Positions 8,795 through 18,092 of a DNA stretch of 21,132 nucleotides are shown here, piece by piece. The translations under genes and the position numbers were made by a program. The notes beneath the pieces are model-generated. The model was not told the origin of the DNA, did no database searches, and saw nothing but the letters and a program-made list of their open reading frames with translations. This stretch comes from Octopus sinensis (lineage: Eukaryota). How positions within the stretch are numbered: the stretch's first letter is position 1; each line of letters starts with the position of its first letter. The stretch lies in the NCBI RefSeq assembly GCF_006345805.1, contig NW_021823832.1, forward strand, positions 1 through 21,132. Reading direction: 5' to 3'.

Positions 8795-10790
8795 TATGTT
8801 CCTCATCAGGCAACAAGATAGGCTGATGCTCACAAATGTGAAGTCTTTCCCAGATGAAGAGTATACACCCTAATATAGGCTACTAGTTTGCGACTTCAGA
8901 ATTAGGGCTAGAGAGACCCAAAGAAATGAACCATGCTGGAAACAAAGATTATAGAAGCTCAAAGACCCAGCAAACCAACAAAAATTTAGAGACATTCTAC
9001 TGGAAGCCTATGATGATAGAGAGGAGGAGGAGGGGACATAGAACTTAGAGGACACCTGGAAGCTCCTGTGGGACAGTCTATTGGGTGCCGCTGACCAAAT
9101 CTGTGGTTGGTGCAAAGTCCTAACTTGGTTGAGGGTGATTTCGTTGTGGAACAAGGAGGTGGACAGTGCTATAAAAGCAAAGAGACAGGTCTGGAAAGAC
9201 TGGAAAAACAGTGGAAGCAGAGCATTATATCAAGGAGCAAGAAGAGAGGCTAGGTGACACGTTTACATAGCAAAAGGAATAGCAGAAGGTAAGAAGTTTG
9301 CCAATGTTCCACAGCATGACGTTCAGAGGTAGGAGGTGTTCAGTATTGCAAAGCAGTGTATCAGTGAGAATAGAGATGAGGTAGGTGAAAAATGTGTGCG
9401 AATGGATAATGATATGCTTGCATTTAGTGACTCAGAGCAAAAAGATGCATAGAGATGCCATTATGAAATGTTATTAAATGTGGAAAATAATTGAGTTGAA
9501 GGTGAGACTTTCAAATATTGAACCAATTGAGGGACCAGCTTTCAGAGTTGACAGCAGTATAACAGATAAGGCAATTAAGGATATGAAGGCTGGGAAAGCC
9601 CCTGAAACATTGGGTATCACTACCAAGATGATTAAAATGTCAGGCAGTGTGGGAAATAGCATAGTCACTTGCATAGTTAATCAGGTTATTCAGGAAGGCA
9701 TCATCCCTAAAAACTAGTGTAGTAGTATTTATAGTTTGCAACTACAAAGTAAAGGTGATACCTTAGAAAGAACTAGAGGTATCAAGCTGATGGACCAGGT
9801 CCTGAAAATTACAGAGAGAGTTATATCTCAACTGATTATGAATAAAATTAAACTAGATGAGATGCAGCTTCGTTTTCTTCCTGGGAGATGTACCATGGAT
9901 GGCATCTTCATGATGAGACAGTTTCAAGAAAAGTATTTGTCCATAAGTAAACCATTGTACTTAACCTTCGTTGACCTGGAGAAAGCTTTTGATGAAGTAC
10001 CCTGGTCTCTTATCAGGTGATCTTTAAGGAAGCTAGGAGTAGAGAAGTGGCTTGTTAGAGCCATACAAGCCATGTACAGCAACACTGTCAGTAAGGTGAA
10101 AGTCAGCTTTGAATACAGAGATGAATTTAGCATACAAGTTGGAGTTCACCAGGGATCAGTTCTCAGTCCACTCTTATTCATCATGGTTCCCCAGGCCATA
10201 ACAGAGGAATTCAAAACTGGATGCCCATGGGAAATGCAATATGCTGATGATCTCGCTCTTATTGCAGAATCTAAAGCAGAATTGGAGAAGTTCTGGGTTT
10301 GGAAGCAAAACCTGGAATCAAAAGGACTCTCTCTCAGAGTGAAAGGCAGATTGTATGATGCATGTATGAGAATGGCTATATTAGATGGTAGTGAGACATG
10401 AACTATGACTACAGAGGACATGCATAGACTGGAGAGGAATGAAGGTAGTACGTGCTGTTGAATTTGCAACACGAGTGTGCATGACTGACAAAGCACAACT
10501 GTGTTGAGAGAAAAGTTAGGCATAAGAGGGATTAAATGTGGCATACAAGAGAGGAGAATGCATTGGTTTGGACATGTGATGTGTATGTGTGAAGACAGCT
10601 GTATAGAGAAGTGTCTGTCACTGAAAGTGGATGGTACCTGTGGAAGAGGGAGACCCAGGAAGACATTGGATGAAATGGTGAGGACTGATCTTAGGATGTT
10701 GGAGCTTACAAAGGAAATGACAATGGACCAAGATGTTTGGTGATATGAGGTTCTTGAGAAGTCCCACCCACATCAGCGAAACTGAGTGTT
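8795..10790 (+). mobile_element. 5'-truncated, decayed RTE-clade LINE (end of APE domain, RT, C-terminus)
   Basis: YRLLVCDFR, RGIKLMDQVLKITERVI, FVDLEKAFDEVP, GVHQGSVLSPLLF, YADDLALIAES, WFGHV...GRGRPRKT; multiple stops. Confidence 0.93.
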
Positions 10791-10827
10791 AGAAATGTTG
10801 TATCCAACCCACATGTAACAACAATGA

Positions 10828-11013
10828 TACTCTGTTCTCCCCATAAGCCTCTCTCCACCTCATAGCCATTGGCATGACATTCACCCCTTCTTTTCTAAAC
10901 CCTAGCTCTACCATCTGCCACAGAAATGCAATATCAACTTTTGTCAGAGAAGACTACTGTCCTCCACTGCTGATATCACCAGTTCTGATGTTTATGAGCC
11001 CACTGCAGACATG
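10828..11013 (-). repeat. Right arm of long inverted repeat (includes inverted Tc1 coding segment)
   Basis: Pairs with 8509-8683. Confidence 0.92.
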
Positions 11014-11930
11014 CACCCTGCCCCACGTAACTGAACTACATCTCTTCTAAACTGCGTCTTTCTCTTCCTCACATTTTCTCTTCATAAATTATGATTGTCT
11101 CCCACTCACCTTCCCTGCCCTCATTTCCCTGTTTACTGTATTGCTGCTTTCCCCCACCCCATTTTTATACCCAGGTTTTCGCCAGCCACTACAAAACTCA
11201 CTCCCTTGTTGCACCTTCTTGGAAATACTTGACTGCATATATTATGATCTCTGTAACTCTCTCTTCCTTACTCTACCATCACATGTATTCACTAATTCTT
11301 TTTACTTGTGAGTATACCCTGGCACTTCACCATCTCTCTCCTGCTCTCTCTCCTGCACTTTTGTTGTTTCCCATTCTCTCTCCTTTCCTTGCTCTTCCCT
11401 CTGGCTGGGTAGCCATGTATCTCCTCAACAACAGTACACTTGTTTCTACCCTCATTCTTGATCACATGCACTCTCTCTCTCCTTTTCTTGCTTTTTCCCT
11501 CTGACTAGGTAACCAAGTATCTCCTTTACATCAGTACACCTGTTTCTGTCCTCTTTCTTGTACCTCTCTCTTACTTCCACTCTGTTCCTCTCACTTACTC
11601 TCTGTTCCTCTCCCTCTCTTTCTCGATGGGTAATCACGTACCTCCTCTATAGCAAGACACCTGTTTCTGCCTCTCTATTTCTCTGTCATGCTCTAACTCA
11701 GTGGTTCTCAACCTTTTCACAGCATTCCCAACCCTTTTATTCAAATGAGTTTTCCCACAGACCCCTTTTAATATGCTTATCCTTATATATATATATATAT
11801 ATGAAATTTTAAATTTAGCTTATGGACCCTCAGTACTACCTTTGCAGACCACCAGGGGTCCACAGATCACATGCTGGGAATCACTGCTCTAACCTTTCAT
11901 CAACCGACACAAGTTCCCCTCCTCAAACTT
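11014..11930 (+). repeat. Pyrimidine-rich tract, probably the RTE 3' UTR, with three degenerate 100-120 bp units
   Basis: GGTArycAnGTAyCTCCT...ACACyTGTTTCT recurs at about 11408, 11508 and 11629. Confidence 0.5.
11699..11886. mobile_element. hAT (Charlie-like) MITE, 188 bp
   Basis: TIRs CAGTGGTTCTCAAC / GCTGGGAATCACTG; 8 bp TSD CTCTAACT (11691-11698) / CTCTAACC (11887-11894). Confidence 0.85.
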
Positions 11931-12846
11931 CAGAAATCATGAATAAGGTTGAGAGACTAAAAAAAAAATAAGAGAAAAAAGAAGACAGCTCTATCCAGGA
12001 TTTACATCCAAGAAAACAATATATGATACTAAAAAAAGAAGAATTATAAATATATGTAGTCTGGAATATTTTCACTACTTTGGCAAGTATGATGAAGTCT
12101 ATGCTTCATTGATGGGGTGGGGTGGGGTGAGAATAAGACTGAAACAGAATTAAGATATTGAGCATTAATGTTGTTTCTTCACCACTTATTATTTCTAGTT
12201 AGCTTTTAAAAGCACCATACATTAAATATGTGAACACTAACATGATGACATTTTGATTTATCTATTCACCAAACAATTTTATCTTCCTTCTCCAATCAGT
12301 ATGTAATCTTGTCTATTTACTTAGTGATTTGCTTATCACTACTTTATCAAGTACAATAAAATCTATACTTGGCAGGAAAAGATTTTTAAATATTAGTCAT
12401 TGACTAATATTGTTTTTCATTTAACCTTTTGGTGCTTCATGTAAGTTTAATTTCATACCAGCATATGCTGGTGAGGGTACAATAGAGTATGTTTCAATAT
12501 GTCATAATATACTACGCAATGTTCCATGAGATGTGGTATGTTTTTCTTATTTTTCAAAAAAACATTTAAAAATATAACTGGAATCCTACTCTAACTGCAT
12601 ATGCCATGTCAAAACAGGCCACACAGTTCATATAGTTATCTACTCTAAACATATGACAGAAGTCCAATGTACACTCACAAAGTGATACCATATATGGCAG
12701 CTTTAGATTTTTTTGTTAAAAGGAATTAATAGGCTACATGCTACAAACTTGGAAGTTACAAGTAGTTAGTCAAAGTCTAATCATTAGATAATTATACAAT
12801 TTTGTAGTAATCATCAAGATAAATTAGCAAGTTACAAGTTACTCAC

Positions 12847-12963
12847 CGTTGCAATATTCATTTTCTCCTCCGCTACATAACCTGATACATCAATCATTTC
12901 CATACGGTCTCTTAAAGGTTCAGGAATGGTTTCAGTCACATTAGCAGTACAAATAAACAGAAC
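12847..12963 (-). CDS. LONP1: Mitochondrial Lon protease internal exon (AAA+ sensor-1 and arginine finger), 117 nt, phase 0/0
   Basis: tttatag|GTT acceptor and ACG|gtgagt donor; translates [39 protein letters not shown]; splices in frame to 5751-5891. Confidence 0.97.
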
Positions 12964-13089
12964 CTATAAATAATATATATATAGTAACATCACAATAACG
13001 ATTTTACAAATATTTCTGTATACACATACAAAGTCTTGATTTCTACCAAGATTTTACAGTGGTTTTCTGGTTCTCTTCGACTCCTAAAG

Positions 13090-13164
13090 TTTTTTCTACT
13101 ATAGCCTTGGGCCGATCAAAACCTTGTGAGTGAATTTGGGAGGTGGAAACTGAAAGAAGCCTGT

Positions 13165-13213
<49 letters not shown>

Positions 13214-13427
13214 ATTTGTATGTGTCTGTGTTTGTCTCCGCACCATCACTTGACAACTGATGTTGGTGTGTTTATGTACCCATAACTTAGCAGTTCGGCA
13301 AAAGATACCGCTAGAATAAATAATAGGCTTACAAAGAATAAGTCCTGGAGTTAGTTTGTTTGACTAAAGGTGGTGCTGTAGCATGGCCACAATCAAATGA
13401 CTGAAACAAGTAAAAGAATAAATAAAA
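13090..13427 (+). mobile_element. SINE body lacking the tRNA head, internal (TG)n, CR1/L2-type tail
   Basis: Ends GGTGGTGCTGTAGCATGGCCACAATCAAATGACTGAAACAAGTAAAAGAATAAA; homologous to 3362-3590. Confidence 0.85.
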
Positions 13428-13645
13428 ACATCACATATATTTTGTTTATAGCAACATAAAGTGAACACAGAACCATGTTGCTGTGAAATGAAATACTTAA
13501 CATCAAAGTGCCAACTATGGAAAAGCTGGAAAAGAATATTTTCTAATTCTTTTCAGTGCTTTCTACTCATATTTATTTACAACTGATTGATTAAAAGTAG
13601 ATCCTGAGAAAAAAAAAAATCAAATCAAACTGTTATTTAAAATAT

Positions 13646-13795
13646 ACTCTTTTACTTGTTTCAGTCATGTAACTGTGGCCATGCTGAAGCACTACCTTTA
13701 GTCGAGCAAATCAACCCCAGGACTTATTACACTAAGTTACAGGGATGTAAACACACCAGCATCGGTTGTCAAGCGATGTTGGGGGAACACACACA
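13646..13795 (-). mobile_element. Inverted, internally deleted copy of the same SINE 3' half
   Basis: CTTTTACTTGTTTCAGTCAT...CCCCAGGACTTATT...AAACACACCAGCATCGGTTGTCAAG is complementary to 13250-13417. Confidence 0.85.
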
Positions 13796-13806
13796 CACAT
13801 ACATTC

Positions 13807-13866
<60 letters not shown>

Positions 13867-14743
13867 ATATGTATGTATGTATGTATATCTATATATATGT
13901 ATGTATGTATATATATATGTATATATATGTATGTATATATATATGTATGTATAATTATATATATATATATATATATATGTTATGTAATATATATTGTATA
14001 TATATGTATGTATATATATATGTATATATATTATATATGTATGTATATATATATATAATATGTATGTATATATAATATGTTATATATATATTATATATTG
14101 TAATATATATATATGTTATATATATATATGTATATATATATATATAATTATATATATATGTATATATATATGTATATATATGTATAATTAATATATGTAT
14201 ATATATGTATATATATATGTATATTATATGTATATATATGTATATATATATGTATATATATTATATATATGTATATATATGTATATATAGTGTATATATA
14301 TATATATATATGTATTATGTATATTATGTATGTATGTATATATATATATATATTATGTATATATATATGTATGTATGTATATATATATGTATATATATAT
14401 ATATGTATGTATGTATATATATATATGTCTATATATATATTATGTATGTATGTATAATATATATATGTATATATATTATATGTATGTATGTATATATATA
14501 TTGTATATATATATATGTATATATATATATATGTTATATATATATATAATATATATATGTATATATATATATATATGTGTGTATATTATATATAAATATA
14601 TATATATGTATGTATATATATATCTAATATATATATATGTATGTATATATATATATATCTATCTATATTATATGTATATATATATATATATATAATATAT
14701 ATTCTATATATATATATATACCTATGTATAATATATATATCTA

Positions 14744-14788
<45 letters not shown>

Positions 14789-14803
14789 TATATATATATA
14801 TAT
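13796..14803. repeat. About 1 kb (TA)n/(TATG)n microsatellite
   Basis: Directly visible. Confidence 0.95.
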
Positions 14804-15179
14804 AAATGGCCCTCCCATTGATAGGGGCAGAAGACAGTGCACCCTTTTGTCTCCGAACTCTTCCATATTTTGTTTGCCAGAGGCCGGATGGTGACGGGCT
14901 CTTACAGTCGGCTTTTCGATGCCCCCATTGGCGGCGTTACACTTATCTGGCCTTTAAATAGCGTTTATAAATAATACCGGCACCCATAGCCCTTGGTAAC
15001 AAATTCTGAAATAGCCTTTAAGATATCTACGATTAACCACTGCAAGGGGAATTACTCCTGTAAGACAAACGGGGCTTGGTTTTTTCACAGCGGGGGGTTT
15101 CCTTGACAAGGCAGGCTTAGATGAACACACACACACATAAAACATAATATATATATTTTTTTTTTTTAATTTTTATTTT

Positions 15180-15720
15180 TTTCTTTCTGCCACCCAACGG
15201 TTATCACGGCAGTAGCCACTGACAGCCGAACGATCAAACGCACACACGTACACAAAAAATGTTTTCTACCCCTACGCCAACACACACATATATAGAACAG
15301 TATACACACACACACGTCTCTAAGTAGATTTTTTCTCGCCCCTCATAAAACATCCAATATTCCTTAAATAGTCAGAACTTTATTCTCGGTCACAAAGAAC
15401 ATCTATACACCCTCACCCACATGATTGACCGATGCCTGACCCGTTGAATTCTTCAGCCACCGGTTCTCAACATACAATGATAAACAGTTTCGCCATGGGC
15501 TCTTAGGAGCACAGTTCGATTTGTTTTTTGCTCCGCCTCTGTTCTGTTTTTGTTTTTCCAACGGATTTCCTTTTTTCTTCCTGAAGAGAAAGACACAATA
15601 TGGTCCCATTATTCAATCGGATTTTGGTAATTTGTGCCTTTCGAAACACGTGTAGAATGAAATAAAACGATTTCTGTTCAATCTGCGTTCAGCTCCATTT
15701 CTTCAATTCACCAATAATGT
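15180..15720 (+). mobile_element. Probable Penelope-like pLTR/3' UTR or retrozyme-like module with hammerhead
   Basis: Non-coding, CpG-retaining block ending in hammerhead, AATAAA, about 55 nt, then (TA)n. It may extend 5' to 14805. Confidence 0.55.
15574..15662 (+). ncRNA. Type I hammerhead ribozyme with canonical core and palindromic stem III
   Basis: UUUCUUC-CUGAAGA-GAAAGaCACAA...UUGUGcCUUUC-GAAA-CACGUG-UA-GAAuGAAA; predicted cleavage after GUA at 15654. Confidence 0.82.
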
Positions 15721-15722
15721 TT

Positions 15723-15757
<35 letters not shown>

Positions 15758-15916
15758 ATATATATATATGTATGTATATATATATGTATATATATATATG
15801 TATGTATATATATGTACATATATATATATATATGTATATATTATATTATTATATATATATGTATGTATATATATATGTATATATATATGTATGTATGTAT
15901 ATATATAGTATGATAT

Positions 15917-15949
<33 letters not shown>

Positions 15950-15970
15950 ATATATATATATATATGTATG

Positions 15971-16002
<32 letters not shown>

Positions 16003-16009
16003 AATATAT
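15721..16009. repeat. (TA)n/(TATG)n microsatellite
   Basis: Directly visible. Confidence 0.95.
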
Positions 16010-17241
16010 ACAGGTATGCCAAAGAAACAGCTACGGCGCACTGTAGGATAGGGCCACTCCTTGAAAAGGATGGCACACTTACAGGAAAACCAATGAGGGT
16101 AAGTGAAATACTGAATGAGCAATTCAAGAGTCTTTCCATCTCCAAATCCCCAATCCAACTGACTTCTTTACCACTGCAGATATAAAATCAGAGGCGGCGA
16201 CGATAGATTACATCGATATAAAGGCAGACGATGTAATCAAGGCTATAAATGAAATGAAAACAAACTCAGCTACTGGCCCCCGAAGGATTCCCAGCAATCC
16301 TCCTAAAAGTATGTAAGAGAGTCCTAGCAAGACCACTGCAGTTCCTCTTTCAGAGCTTCCTTGCAGCTGGCAAACTTCCAAGACAACTGAAGGAAGGTAA
16401 AATATGCCCCATTCATAAAGTTGGTAGCAGAGCGGAGGCCAAGAACTACAGACCTATCTCTCTGACCTCACACATCAGCAAGGTCATGGAATGAATAGTC
16501 AGAAGGAAACTGATCACCTTCCTTGAAGAGAATGACTTGCTGCCCGACACCCAACATGGAGAAGCTGTTTAACTCAGCTCCTACAACACTATGACTGGGT
16601 GCTGAAACGGCTGCTCAACCACTCAAATGTGGAAGTGATATATTTCGACTTTGCAAAGGCCTTTGATAAAGTCGATCATGGAATGATATGTCACAAACTG
16701 CGTGATCTCAACATAGTTGGAAAACTGGGAGAATGGCTTCATGACTTTCTGAAAGATAGAAGTCAGGTGGTAGTATTCCTTGGAGCGTAGGCGGGAAAGA
16801 TATGCCATAATATACATCTGGAAGATCCTGGAGGGACGTGTCCCAAACTTTGGCATCGAGAGTTACACAAATGCCAGAACTGGGCGCCACTGCGTGGTGC
16901 CTAGGACTCCAAATTTGCCATCAAGATGTAGGACAAGATATTGTGATAGCCTGGGCTTCAGAGGCCCACAGCTCTTCAATATCCTCCCAAAGAACCTGAG
17001 GGACCTGCATGGTGTAGATGCGGATGTCTTTAAAATGAAACTGGATCTCTTCCTGTCAGGCGTCCCGGATGAACCAACTTCACGGCAGGAGGTGCAGATG
17101 AGGGCAGCTGCATCGAACTCTCTCATGCATCAGATGGCGTTTGCTAAAAAGCATCCGTGAGGTAAAATCGTGTAGCAAACCAAATGGCGGTGCCCCAGCA
17201 TGGCCACAGCTCATTAGCTGAAACTGGAAAAATCAAAATCA
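16010..17241 (+). mobile_element. CR1/L2-group LINE, 5'-truncated, with internal RT deletion at about 16775 and intact 3' end
   Basis: YRPISLTSHISKVME, YFDFAKAFDKVDH, then a jump to LERRRERYAIIYIWKILEG...GPQLFNILP...FKMKLDLFLSGVPDEP, stop at 17160, and a short 3' UTR with stem-loop. Confidence 0.92.
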
Positions 17242-17245
17242 TATG

Positions 17246-17298
<53 letters not shown>

Positions 17299-17399
17299 GT
17301 GTGTGTCTATATATATATATATATATGTTGTGTCTATATATATATATATATATATATGTGTCTATATATATATATATATATAAATATATATATATATAT
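17242..17399. repeat. (TA)n/(TG)n microsatellite
   Basis: Directly visible. Confidence 0.95.
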
Positions 17400-17709
17400 C
17401 AACTGCGTGATCTTGGCATAGTTGGAAAACTAGGAGAATTCTGAAGAATAGAAGTCAGGTGGTAGCAGAACACTTCCATTAGCACGCAAATAGTGAGCGG
17501 TGTCCCGCAGGACATTGTTTTGGGACCACTACTGTTCATAATGGCCCTCTCAGACATGCCCTCAGCCACACAGAGAACCACGATCACAAGTTATGCAGAT
17601 GATACAAAAGTTTCACAGGCAATACAGAACCCTGAAGACACTAAGCACCTGCAATGTGAGCTGGACGAAATATACAAGTGGGCTGAAAAGAATAGCATGC
17701 AGTTCAATG
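17400..17709 (+). mobile_element. Second CR1/L2-group RT fragment (core motifs)
   Basis: LRDLGIVGKLGE...SGVPQDIVLGPLLF...SYADDTKV...LDEIYKWAEKNSMQFN. Confidence 0.9.
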
Positions 17710-17826
17710 TATATATATACAACGATGGGAAAAGAGCGCCATCTGGTTTCTAGATTATGAAACCAACTTCAAAAATGAACACATATCCAACAACCCCTTC
17801 ATAAAATTAAGTAAATCAAAACCAAA

Positions 17827-18092
17827 TACCAACAGAACGGAACAACCACCAAGAAATCCTACCACACTCTACACCAGAAAAGTACACCTAAAACACACCC
17901 CACACTACCTACACCAACCCCAAAACACCTACAGAGGCCCACCACACCAGTTCGAAAATAGACATACCAACAGAGCAGAACAACCACCAAGAAATCCAAA
18001 CACACTCTACACCAGAAAAATGCATTTAAAACGCACCCCACACTACCTACACCAACCCCAAAACACTTATAGGGTCCCACCACACCATTCCA
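17827..18092 (+). repeat. Tandem duplication with 138 bp period in the Penelope 5' region
   Basis: TACCAACAGA...ACCACCAAGAAATCC...CACACTACCTACACCAACCCCAAAACAC starts at 17827 and again at 17965. Confidence 0.9.

Noticed and set aside
8509-11013. Intact TIR transposon carrying an RT gene
   Set aside because: The arms are internal Tc1 coding plus probable LINE UTR sequence, with no TSD or terminal motif; reported instead as a rearrangement.
12114-12128. G-quadruplex (GGGGT)3
   Set aside because: Only three G-tracts.
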